NCBI RefSeq assembly: GCF_006345805.1
Contig: NC_043015.1
Location: forward strand, 10,354,001-10,418,000
Source of the DNA: Octopus sinensis
Taxonomy: Eukaryota
Direction: 5' to 3'
Length of the DNA stretch: 64,000 nucleotides
Made by a program: the position numbers and the translations under genes. The notes below the pieces were generated by a model. It was not told the DNA's origin, made no database searches, and saw only the letters and a list, made by a program, of their open reading frames with translations. Below, in pieces: positions 39,568-51,276 of the stretch. The first letter of the stretch is position 1; each line of letters starts with the position of its first letter.

Positions 39568-40696
39568 TCGCGTGTGTGTGTGCATCGAGAGAAATATATA
39601 TATATATTTATGCATAGAATTACATGTGTATTTGTCCGCAACAGTGTATATATATCAGTGCACAAACCCTGTATGTACGTATACATCATTTATATTCTTC
39701 TCTCTCTCTATATATATATATGTACACACACACGTGGCCACACACACACATACACATATATTCTTACAACTGTTTATGTATGCGCTAGTCTGAACGCAGA
39801 ATTCTCAGCAATTATTTTTTGCTCTATATCCTCAGCGCGATGATGCTTTAGTTTTTATTTTGTCTCTTGTTAACTTGCAACGTAATATTTAATAAATATT
39901 ATAAGCTACATCATACTTCAAAAGTGGAATGTTTTTGATAATAACCCGTTTAATGTTGGACGAGTCTGAGATGCGAGTAGAAATTAACTGATTATATAAA
40001 CAGTGTCGAATAATCTATCTGGAGGTCTCTGTGCTGAAATTTCTACTACTTTAATTGGTGAGAATCTCATAACTTATATTTTCATTTTGCATCATTTTCG
40101 TTTTATTTTTAGAGAAATTCCTGACTGTATTTACTAACAAATTGTTCAGGACAGTTTACATTACTTTCCCCCGACGTAGAATACTATTTTACTGTGTTAT
40201 TATATTTATTTTAATTTTCCTAAAATGTTCGCTAAAGCTGTTTATCACTGACTCTGACAGTCAAAATTATTAACATCTCAAAACAACTAGGTTTCAAAAA
40301 GTCAACTACTTCGTTAAAAGATATTATTGCTACAAATTTTTATACGAGGCCAGTAATTGGGTGAGGGGGGGATAAGTCTATTATTCGATACGTATCAATG
40401 CTGAAGCAGGTACTTTCTTATATCAACCACGAAGTGATAAGTGGCACAATCTCTCTCAGAGGTATCTGAGCTGAGGTCGTAGGTAGTCACAAGAAATGCG
40501 GCTGAACATTTTCTTCAGGATTCTAAAGATTCTGATAGCTGGTCGACCTTTAATAATATTGATTTCAAATATTGGCTATAGGCCTGAAATAACGAAGGGA
40601 GGAACTAGCCAATGCCATTGACGCCAGAATAGACCTTATATTTATTTTTTTTACCCCAGTCGTGAAGCAAAGTAGAGCTAAGCAGTATTGGCAACA

Positions 40697-40915
40697 GGCG
40701 ACGAGCTGGCAGAATCGTTAGCACGCCGGCCGGAATGCCTAAAGGTATTTCGGCTGCCGCTACGTTCTGAGTTTAAATGCCACCGAGGTCGACTTTGCCT
40801 TTCATCCTTTTGGGGTCAATTAAATAAGTACCAGTTACGCACTGAGGTCGATGTAATCCTTGTTTGTCCCTTCTGTGTTTAGCCCTTTGTGGGTAGTAAA
40901 GAGATAGAAATAGCT
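40697..40915 (+). mobile_element. SINE family B (tail type 1)
   Basis: GGCGACGAGCTGGCAGAATCGTTAGCACGCCGG...GTCGACTTTGCCTTTCATCC...TTTAGCCCTTTGTGGGTAGTAAAG; degenerate minus-strand copies lie at about 40345-40680. Confidence 0.9.
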
Positions 40916-41220
40916 ATTTGAGGTTAGAATATGAAGAAATGCCGCTAAAAATACTGCAAGCCTGCCGTCTTATAGTATCCCCAAATTTTGATGCGGGGCA
41001 ATCTTACAGTATAGAGTTAGCCCGTTATATTGACTACGATTCTTGACTAGTACTTAATTTTACCGATCGTGAAAGAATTAGACGCAATGTTTAGCTCGTA
41101 CTGAGATGCAATGTTTAACTCGTACCGAACGTAATGAAACGGAAGCAATAATATGCGGCATTTCATCCGACGAATGAAGTAGTAGTAGCAGTAGCAGTAG
41201 TAGTAGTAGTCGTAGTAGTT

Positions 41221-41269
<49 letters not shown>

Positions 41270-41344
41270 ATGTAGTAGTAGTAGTTGTAGTAGTTGTAGT
41301 AGTGGCAGATAATTCACTTTACAGTCCCAAATGTTGAAGAAAAT

Positions 41345-41640
41345 CAATACGAAAGGTATAGAAAAATGGCAATTAGCAACTGAATAACAGAGACTATGGA
41401 AAGTGCGGGTACAATATATATCCCTGTAGTTATAGGTGCATTAGGAACTATCCCTAAATATCTTGGCAGATAGTTACGGGAAATAGGTATAAAGCCCAGT
41501 CCAGTGCAGCGGCCAAAAAAACAGTGTTATAAGGGACATATAGGATAATTTGGAGGGTTCTTGTCATCTAAGGTTACCTGTTATAGCCCGATGTTAGGAT
41601 TTGTTGTGTTTATACGAATATTAAAATGATACTAATAGTG
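41345..41640 (+). mobile_element. R4/Dong-like restriction-like endonuclease C-terminal relic plus 3' UTR
   Basis: E*QRLWKVRV..IPVVIGALGTIPKYLGR*LREIGIKPSPVQ..KTVL*GTYRIIWRVLVI*, stop at 41569-41571. Confidence 0.85.
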
Positions 41641-41740
41641 ATGATATTGATGATGCTGATGAAGATGTTGATGATCGATAACAATTTGATGACGCTAAGC
41701 ATTTTGTAAGGCGTGTCAACGTTTCTGCTAGCTAACTGCC

Positions 41741-41800
<60 letters not shown>

Positions 41801-42033
41801 TTCAGCGACCTTTTGAGCGGGATGGGCTACTCAACCTGAAGAAAATTCTAACTGGGCACCACCTGCAAGGTCATGCGCTGTTTATCTTGATATGAGATCA
41901 CAATGTCATGCACATATGGTTGTGATGCATGTGCCTGGTGTACCCTTATCAGACGGGTAGTCATGATGGGTATATTCGGCTTCGTATATTTTACCCCAGT
42001 GTCACTTTGATGGCATGAACTGCTCTCTCACTC
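41801..42033 (+). mobile_element. (AAT)n-associated element, copy C (5'-truncated)
   Basis: Matches only the last about 235 bp of copy D; ends GCTCTCTCACTC then (AAT)n; preceded by (AAT)n. Confidence 0.9.
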
Positions 42034-42070
<37 letters not shown>

Positions 42071-42096
42071 TAATAATAATAATAATAACAATAATA

Positions 42097-42183
<87 letters not shown>

Positions 42184-42206
42184 TAATAATAATAATAACA
42201 ATAATA

Positions 42207-42256
<50 letters not shown>

Positions 42257-42274
42257 TATAATAATAATGATAAT

Positions 42275-42835
42275 AAATGTCCTGATGTAGCACCAGGCAG
42301 TGGCTCTCATGGCTTCTGATCTTCACTGATTGTAAGTGTTATCATGTACGTTGTTTTGCCTTGGTATAAAAAGATGGGCTACAGCAAATATTCTGCTCAA
42401 TACCACAGATTTGCTTCCAGTTGCTTAACCTTAACCAGTTGACCATGTCCCTTAGTGGCTGACGATATGTCCATCTCTGATCACGAACAGAAGTAGTGGG
42501 GGATCATCATAGCTATGTGTTCAGAAGGATTCTATTGGGCTTGAATAATTCACCTCTGGAAACATGAGTGTTTCGTTCAACATCCTTAAACAACCCTTAT
42601 TCAGGGAGCTTTTGAACGGGATGGGTTACTCGACCAGAAGAAAATAATTCTAACTGGGCCTCACCTGCAAGTTCATGTGCTGTTTATCTTGATATGAGAT
42701 CACCATGTCGCGTACATATGGTTGCGTTACATGTGCACAGTGAAACCTTATCAGAAGGGTAGTCATGATGGATATACTGGGCTTCGTATATATTACCCCA
42801 GTGTCACTTTGATGGCATGCACTGCTCTCTTACTC
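42275..42835 (+). mobile_element. (AAT)n-associated element, copy D (full length)
   Basis: AAATGTCCTGATGTAGCACCAGGCAGTGGCTCTC...GCACTGCTCTCTTACTC; (AAT)n on both sides. Confidence 0.9.
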
Positions 42836-42844
42836 AATAATAAA

Positions 42845-42900
<56 letters not shown>

Positions 42901-44115
42901 TGATGATGATACTGATGAAAATAATGATGATGATAATGATTATAGTAATTATAATAATAATAATATTAATGGTGATGATGATCATCATCATGATGACGAC
43001 GATGAAGATGTTGATGATAGGCAACAATATGATGAAGCTATAAGTCTTTTGTAGGCTTCTCTCTGTCACGTACATGCAATCGTCTGATTTGTACTAGAAC
43101 TTTGACAAAGACTGATTCACAGTTTCGCTCTATCTAAAGATGATACCTGGAGGTGCTTGCGAAGTAACCCTAAGAGTTGGTATGGAAGACTTGCAAGATA
43201 CTCTATGTGGATTCGTGTATTGAATTAAATTTTATTCTGTCTAGAATGTCATACGGCCTTAAAACCTAACACACTCACCAGTTCAATTTCCACTCTTGTA
43301 CTATTGTTTTTTTTGTTTTTGTTTATATGTCTTCCTAAACTTTTCGATGATTTTGCAACCTTGTTAAAATATGTTCACTCTGTCCGTTATCAGAGCTTCG
43401 TTCCTTTTGTCTGTTTTCAATTCTGCTGAATACGTGCGTGCCTGCCTGCAAAAAATGTTTGTAAATATATATGAATGTATATATGTATGTATGTGTGTAT
43501 GCATGCGTGTATATACGTATGTATGTATGCATTCTGCGTATTTATGTATTTGTGTGTGCATGCCTGAGTGCTCTGTGGACGTATGAATATGTGTGTATTT
43601 GTGTATAACTGCTTCTTTGCGTTCGTCTGTTTGACTGTGTCTACATGTATGAGCTTGTGTTATTATGTATGTGCGTCTGTTTTGTATGGTGAGTATGTGT
43701 ATATATGAGTGAGTGTGTATATATAAGTTCATGTGTTTCCGTTTCCTTGTGTGTGCATGTGTGTGTATGTCTCTCTGTATGAACGTGTAATTGTGTGTAC
43801 GCGTCTGCCAGTATTACCTACGTTCTTATCTACCTAACTACTTATGTAACTTTATCTCTCTCTCTCTACCTACATATCTATTTATCTACTCGACTCGCCA
43901 TTTTCCTAAATAGGTGATAATGCCAATACATATTCATTTAAAATGCACGATGTGCAAACCATAACATTTTGCTCACTGGCACAAAACGCATGTGAGCCAC
44001 ATTGCTCTAAGTTACGGAATCATGGAAGAATTAAGGTAACCTGCAAAAATTAGAACGATGCACATTTATTATCTTACATTTCACTGAATTTCAAATCTAT
44101 ATGCACTTAAATTGT

Positions 44116-45020
44116 TGTGAGGGGGAACAAGAAGTAACCGGAATCGTTATTTGTGGGACAGGCCCGTCGTAGTTCAATCTTACGCCGTTACAAGCCTCTT
44201 AATACATCATTGAGTCATCAGTTTCCTGATCGGCTGCGTCAGGTGTAGTGGTACAACCATATGCTGCGTCTTTGTCTAACAGTACTTGTCTGTTCCCTGA
44301 TTTTCACGATGGCTGAAACGAAGGAACAGTGTGCTTCCTTGAAATTTTACTTCCTGCTGTAGAAACGGCAGCCAAGACATTTGTCATGTTTCAAACTGCT
44401 TGCAAGGACGCTGCCATGAGCTAAACGGATGTTGGTGGGGTAATTTCACGCTTTAGGATTGGTCACATGCCGCTTGAAGACGAATGTCGTTCACGAACAG
44501 CTGTCGAACTTGCAAAGGAATGAAAACATTACGGAAATTCATGAGCTGAACTTAGAGAGCAATCGCCAAAAAGTTGATAGAATTGTTGATATCACAGGTG
44601 TGAACTGAAGCTTCTGGCAACGGATTTTGAATGAAGAATTACAAATGAAAAGAGGGGCAGCAAAACGTATGCCTTGCTTGCTCACGGATGTGTGGAATAG
44701 TTTTGACAAGAACCGACATGGCTTTGGCTACCCACTCTCCCTATTCACCCGATCTTATGCCAGCGACTTTTGTTTATTGATCCGAATGAAATAAGGTCAT
44801 AATGGAAATTATTTTGCAGAAGTGGGAGAGGTGAAGAAAAAATGGCTGATGCGTAAAAAAGCATTACTTCTCAAGAGTTCCAGGACGCCTTCGAACATTA
44901 GAAAACGCACGGAGACCGATGCATTGTTTCTAACGGAGAATAATTTGAAGGTAATAAATGGAGGAAGGGTAACATCTAGAACTGAGTGAATGAAGTAATT
45001 ACATTTGATTAGCCCACGGG
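44116..45020 (+). mobile_element. Mariner relic, internally deleted; same family as 11000-12295
   Basis: TIR-like TGTGAGGGGGAACAAGAAGTAACCGGAAT at 44116; ATG at about 44309 (MAETKEQCASLKFYFLL). Jumps from LLTD to the HSPYSPDL region, losing the first two catalytic Asp regions. Confidence 0.9.
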
Positions 45021-45021
45021 G

Positions 45022-45087
<66 letters not shown>

Positions 45088-45164
45088 CGAGAGAGAGAGA
45101 GTTAGGTAGATTGATATACATATACACACGTATATATACTTATATAAATACATATATACATACA

Positions 45165-45395
45165 TATTTCTTTATTACCCACAAGAGGCTAAACATAGAG
45201 GGAACAAACAAGAACAGACATATGTATTATGTCGATTAGATCGACGCCAGTGCGTAACTGGTACTTAATTTATCGACCCCGAAAGGATGAAAGGCACAGT
45301 CGACCACGGAGGAATTTGAACTCAGAACGTAACGGCAGACGAAATACCGCTAAACATTTCGCCCAGCGTGCTAACGACTGTCCCAGCTCGCCCCC
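45165..45395 (-). mobile_element. SINE family B (tail type 1)
   Basis: Near-complete reverse complement of the 40697 copy. Confidence 0.9.
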
Positions 45396-45574
45396 TTTAT
45401 ATACATTCATATATACATATACATAGGTATGTATATATATATGTATATATATATATATACATACATATATACCTATACATTGAGAAACATGCTGATCTAT
45501 ACATAGACTACTAGAAAGATGATTAACCAAGAACAAATGCATGTATCTGTGTTTTTGAATAAATATAATCATGC

Positions 45575-45619
<45 letters not shown>

Positions 45620-45808
45620 AATATTATTTCTCTCCATTCTTTATCACCTTTTTTTCTTTCCTTGTTTCTCTCTTTGTTTTTTTTTTCTGTGTATCTTTCG
45701 TAGGCTCGAAGAGTAAAAGACTTCTATTCCTGAGCGCTATTCTAATACATTTGTTTGTTTGTACACAACCTACCTTCGTCTTTTGTTTATTTTCGTAAAC
45801 TTTCCCTT

Positions 45809-45810
<2 letters not shown>
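45620..45810 (+). mobile_element. Hammerhead mini-element family member with core deleted
   Basis: CGTAGGCTCGAA..GTAAAAGAC..CCTGAGCG..TAATACA, homologous to the reverse complement of 39155-39335; flanked by (TA)n. Confidence 0.6.
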
Positions 45811-45844
<34 letters not shown>

Positions 45845-46121
45845 GCGGGGCGTTGTAAACAAACAATTTTTGTTTTTAGAAGCGTTGAAATATATAAATA
45901 TGGAAATATTTTACTCTGAAACGAATAAGAATAATGGTGAGTACCATAATTAGGATAGAAGATCCTTATATTGTCGAAAATTTTGTTAGTAGCCCGGTTG
46001 CTTCAAATGTTTCTGCAATATAAGAATGTTCTATCCAAATTATGCTCTTCAGCATTATTTTTATTCGTTTTAGAGTAAAATATCTCCATGTGTGTATGTA
46101 TATATATATATATATATACAT

Positions 46122-46169
<48 letters not shown>

Positions 46170-47104
46170 ATGAACAAAATGAGACAATATAGAAAATGCT
46201 AATGTTATGGTGTGTAACGTTTCAGTACCGACATTACCTTTTCGGATTATTCGACGAAGAATTAATTAAGAAAAGCAATTTAACAAATGTATTCAGTGTC
46301 TTGTCACATATGCTACTACATACGGAGCCTTCATAAGAAGAAAATAGAGAATCAGCCAGAAAAAACAGGAAAATATCCTGCCTACTTCAAGAAAATAGAA
46401 ATATTTCCAAAGTAGCATTTCATTAAATTTTTCCACAATTTAATTGTTATTCTTACTTTATTGTCAGTTGACAAAGGTGAAAATGCTGAAGCAGGTACTG
46501 AAGTGTTCTTCATGATAACTCTAATTTACCATTTTCTGTATTGTCTTATTATCTTTATACGTATCAATCCTGTATTACTTTTCAAACTTATACACTCAAA
46601 CACGTATATGGCTGCCGTTATGCAAAAGGGTTGGAAGTCCAAATCTTTGTGTTTTCATAAAGTTCCAAAAACAATGGTTTCACCACTCCATAACAAAGAC
46701 ATCACAAAAACTCTTACCCAGAGTTTTACGATCTCGTTCGTCGGACAGTTTTGTTTGAGAGTGAAACAAACGATAGAGTTATATGTATAAATGTACAATT
46801 ATATCGATAGCTACAACAATTGAATTTGGTTTTGTTTCCTTGGTCCTTTCAACTAACGGTTTTTTCAATACCCGGTTGTTTCAAGTTAAAACTATAATTA
46901 CGTTTTAAAATCATATTATCATATTAACATGTATGCCCAGCGTACATAAATTAATTGCATAATAAATTTACATTTTATATCCATTTAAACCATTCCCTTA
47001 CAACCAGCATCATAAAAACATATACATTTACTCATACATACATATAGCAAAATCCCTATATGTACGTATATACAATAAACGTACAAACGTTGGTACATGC
47101 CTCT

Positions 47105-47447
47105 CTTTACTCTTTTACTCTTTTGCTCTTTTATTTGTTTCAGTCATTTGGCTGCGGCCATGCAGGAGCACCGCCTTTAGTCGAGCAAATCGACCCCGGG
47201 ACTTATTCTTTGTAAGCCCAGTACTTATTCTATCGGTCTCTTTTGCCGAACCGCTAAGTGACGGGGACGTAAGCATACCAGCATCGCTTGTCATATATAC
47301 GACAGGCTTCTTTCAGTTTCCGTCTACCAAATCCACTCACAAGGCATTGGTCGGCCCGGTGCTATAGCAGAAGACACTTGCCCAAGATGCCACGCAGTGG
47401 GACTGAACCCGGAACCATGTGGTTGGTTAGCAAGCTACTTACCATAC
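47105..47447 (-). mobile_element. SINE family A, full length without the internal microsatellite
   Basis: Head and 3' body joined directly at about 47285-47297. Confidence 0.9.
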
Positions 47448-47499
47448 AAGTACAAACAAATACATGTAATATACCAATATATATATTTAGAGAGAGGGG

Positions 47500-48110
47500 G
47501 GATTTTTCTTGCATTGTTTGTCCTGTACTCTGTTTTTTCGTTGTTTTAAAAAAAGTCCGTTTCCTTGTTTTTTCGTTGTTAAAAATATGTCCGTTTCCTT
47601 GTTTGATTTTATGTTTCGTTTCTCGTTGTGTTCTACGTGTATTTGTGGTGCCCTGTACTCATATATATATATGCATGTATATATACATGTAGTTGTAAGT
47701 AATTTTTCCGTCTAGGCAAAAAGAGGCCTTATTGTTGGTTCCCTGTCCTGTTTCTTTATTTTTACGGTTTTTTCTACTGTTTTTTCATCATTTGTATTGC
47801 TTTTACGTCCTGTTCTTGTCACTTGTTTTACCCCTCTGTAAAAGAATTTTACTTAATTCCTTTTGCAGGAAAGAATGCTTCGGCCTGGCCGTGTTCTGCC
47901 CTTACCTTCGGAACACGCATTGAGTCGAACCAGGGACAGCTGATGAAGGGGAATTTTCCTTGTATTGTTTGTCCTGTACTCTGTTTTTTCGTTGTCTTAA
48001 AAATAAGTCCGTTTCTTTGTTTTTTCGTTGTTAGAAAAGTCTGTTTCCTTATTTGACTTTATGTTTCGTTCCTCGTTGTGTTCTACGTTTATTTGTGGTG
48101 TCCTGTACTC

Positions 48111-48115
<5 letters not shown>
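47500..48115 (+). repeat. About 165-bp T-rich direct repeat pair (47500-47665 and 47950-48115)
   Basis: Both read TTGTTTGTCCTGTACTCTGTTTTTTCGTTGT...CTCGTTGTGTTCTACGT.TATTTGTGGTG.CCTGTACTCATATAT; CTGATGA lies just before the second copy. Confidence 0.85.
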
Positions 48116-48153
<38 letters not shown>

Positions 48154-48338
48154 TAATATATATAATATATATATATATATATATAATATATGCATGTATA
48201 TATACATGTAGATGTATATGTACATATATATATGTATAATGCATATATTTCATTTATTTATATTATTATATGACCGAACGCCACGCGTTATTTCTCTATT
48301 TCTCTTCTCCAAGTATTTTTTATCTCTATATATATATA

Positions 48339-48381
<43 letters not shown>

Positions 48382-48383
48382 AT

Positions 48384-48434
<51 letters not shown>

Positions 48435-48462
48435 TAATATATATATATATATATACACACAC

Positions 48463-48514
<52 letters not shown>

Positions 48515-48831
48515 CACAGGGTGGAGGTGCCTTCTTCCCTGTTTGATAACTGAAGGACACAGAATATTGTGACACGTAGAGAACGAGAACGGTGATTCTT
48601 GGGTTTAAAGAACTTTGAATTCTTCCCTTTCTGTGACTGCCACATTAACTTTCCAACAAGCCTCACTTTATCGTGCTGGTACTGCATAACACTCTCTCAG
48701 AGATTTAGAAATGTAATATTTCTTTTAATATATTATATTTTATATAGATATATATGTGTGTGTGGTGGTGTGTGGTGTGTGTGTGTGTGTGTGTGTGTGG
48801 TGTGTTTGTGTTACAGAAATATTACATTTAT

Positions 48832-48865
<34 letters not shown>

Positions 48866-48870
<5 letters not shown>

Positions 48871-50050
48871 AATGACCCCCTCCTTTGCCAACCTAGTGAT
48901 GGGATATCTAGAAATCAGTCTGTATCGTAAGGTTCTAGAAAGATATGCCAGCGCTTTCTCTCTCTACATAGAAAACAACTGGAAGAGATATCTATATGAC
49001 TGTTTCATTCTTTGGCATGAAAATAGTAAGAAACTCAAAGAATTGGAAGCAATTTTAAATGGACTGGACGTAACCATCAAATTCACGATGGAATATACCC
49101 AGCAACAACTTCCCTTCCTCGATATCCTCATTAAGAAGTCTAATAATGTAATAGAAACAGATATATACTTTAAGCCTACAGATTCTAAGCAATATCTTCC
49201 ATTCAATTCATGCCACCCCAAACACACCACAGTGAATATCCCCTTCAATCTAGCAAAAATGATATGTACTATAGTTTCTAATGCAAACACCAGAGACACA
49301 CGACTACAAGAACTAAAAGATACCCTCATCACCAGGAGCTACCCACCTTCACTTATTGACATATGCATTCAACGTGCCTTTCAACTCAACATCCAGGAAC
49401 TTAGACATCCCAAATCAAAGAAAAATTTACGACCAAAAGCCTTACCCTACATCTCCACACACAACCCTCTCAACAATGAAGCCTTCGACACCATCCTCCA
49501 AAACATACCCCTGCTAAAAAAAGACCACAGAATGAACACAATCCTCCAAACACACACGATCATAAAAAAGCAAGAGACAGCCTAAATCTATGAACAGTCT
49601 CTTAACACAAGCCCGAATACGCTCTTCAAAACAGAACCAGACAGTAAAGAATTGTGGAAGACCCAATTGCGGGATATGCGATTATCTAATTGAGGGATCA
49701 CAGTTCACCTTCAAACAGGGACAACGGTGTGAGAAGCAACTTCACATGTGCACGGAGAACATGATATACACACTAACCTCCTCTGGGTGTCAAGAGCAAT
49801 ACATAGGCCAAACAAAAAATAGTTTGCGTAAAAGAATGTTCCTGCACAGATCCCAGATAAAAATTCCCCTAAACAGAAAAATAGCATTCAGCCAACACAT
49901 AGATACTTGCACCAACAACAAAACACCAAGCTTCAGGATTTTCCCCCTCTACCAATTCAGGGACGATACAACCTCGAGCCAACGAAAAAAGTAAAGAAAC
50001 TATCTTTATTACAAAATGCAGGCCCCTTCCGAACGGCTCTACGACAAACG
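48866..50050 (+). pseudogene. Penelope-like element RT plus GIY-YIG endonuclease (5'-truncated, one frameshift)
   Basis: TRMTPSFANLVMG, WKRYLYDCF (YxDD mutated), LPFLDI, TDIYFKPTDSKQYLPFNSCHPKH. +1 frameshift in the A-run at about 49563-49570; CGRPNCGIC linker; NMIYTLT..GCQEQYIGQT...RKRMFLHRS (GIY-YIG). Confidence 0.95.
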
Positions 50051-50199
50051 ATATATACACCTCGGCCTTAGAAAAACACAAATACATATGCAAATATTAC
50101 ATTCCTAAGAATCCATTACAAATCAGCCGTAATCACAGCGATAACCCATAGCGTGCCAGCTTTAAGTCATACAACACCTCACTACTTCCACTCATTCAT

Positions 50200-50295
50200 A
50201 ATCTCCCTTCTCTTTCTTCTTCTTCCTCTTCTTCATCATCATCACCATCATCATCATCGTCATCACCATCATAATCATCATCATCTTCTTCGTCT

Positions 50296-50328
<33 letters not shown>

Positions 50329-50345
50329 CATCATCATCATCATCA

Positions 50346-50379
<34 letters not shown>

Positions 50380-50410
50380 TTCTTTTTCTTCTTCTTCTAT
50401 TTTTTCTTCT
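50200..50410. repeat. (TCT)n/(CAT)n microsatellite within the Penelope-like 3' region
   Basis: Direct inspection. Confidence 0.9.
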
Positions 50411-50767
50411 GCTACCCATTTCTACTTCTTAACTTTATCACTAATGCTTTTTAGTATAACACCTACGCAAATTCTATAAACAAAACTTTCAATAGAAATA
50501 TTCTCATGAATTGAACACCAACTGCTAGCCGCCACTGATCATTCAAAATACGACAATCGAGGCACTCCCCCCTTCTCCTCATCATCCTTCTTCTTCTACC
50601 TCTTCCCTACCAAGAATTCACAACGACCTCGAACCCACAAGTGTAAACAAGATGGACAGAGAAAGGCAGAAACAAGGAAAATGCCACTTATATTTGAACA
50701 CTATACAAATATTCTTTTAAAAAAAACTGTTCTTTCAATTTTTCTAAATTTAATTATTTAATTGTCA

Positions 50768-50805
50768 CAGTTGAAAAGGTCTCAAAATGACTGAAACCGG
50801 TACTG
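50768..50805 (+). ncRNA. Degenerate hammerhead in the Penelope-like pseudo-LTR
   Basis: CAG-TTGAAAA-GGTC-TCAAAAT-GACT-GAAAC-CG-GTA-CTG. Palindromic ACCGGT stem III and GUA site; core C3 changed to U and G8 changed to A. Confidence 0.65.
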
Positions 50806-51078
50806 AAATGTTCTTTATAAAATTATTTTAGCATTTTCTATCTTGACTTGTTTTTTCATATATATATAAATATATATATACAACTTATAAACAAGGGCAA
50901 AAAAAATTGTTTTGCCCCATTTTTTGATTTTGCACCTGTTTATAAGTTGTTTATAAATTTAACCTTTAAAAGTATTTTTTAAAATTCTGCCCATTGATAG
51001 AATGTTTTCGAAAAAATTTATCCTATATTAGATGTAATTTTATATGTATATATAATTATATATATATATATATTATAT

Positions 51079-51210
51079 ATTTATTATATAGAAGGAGCTT
51101 CTACAGGACTAGTACTGTTTCATTCAAGAAATCTTCAGGAAGAGCTTCCTGAAGATTTCTCTTGAATGAAACAGTACTAGTCCTGTAGAAGCTCCTTCTA
51201 TATAATAAAT
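51079..51210. repeat. 132-bp near-perfect inverted repeat (inverted pseudo-LTR of a Penelope-type mini-element spanning 51079-51280)
   Basis: Left arm 51079-51142 is the reverse complement of right arm 51145-51210 except for a 2-nt AG indel; 2-nt AG spacer. Confidence 0.95.
51142..51194 (+). ncRNA. Type I hammerhead ribozyme, nearly canonical
   Basis: Stem I GAGCTTC/GAAGCTC (7 bp); core CTGAAGA at 51149-51155; stem II TTC-TCTT-GAA with a U-U closing mismatch; GAAA at 51168-51171; stem III ACAG/CTGT with loop TACTAGTC; cleavage triplet GUA at 51185-51187. Confidence 0.8.
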
Positions 51211-51276
51211 TAATTTTACTCTGCTATGTATTGAGTACCTTACTTACTGTGGTTAACCCCGGATCAACCCGGGACC

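Noticed and set aside
42275-42345. Hammerhead or HDV ribozyme at the 5' end of the (AAT)n element
   Set aside because: CTGATG is not followed by a stem II and GAAA, and an HDV double pseudoknot could not be built by eye. Only a 9-bp hairpin is supported, so this is left as a testable idea.
46461-46790. 109-aa plus-strand ORF with a partly open antisense frame
   Set aside because: No recognisable motif; TTG start; AT-rich composition explains it.
48599-48865. N-terminal part of the 328-aa ORF
   Set aside because: It reads through unrelated sequence and a microsatellite; Penelope homology starts only at 48866.
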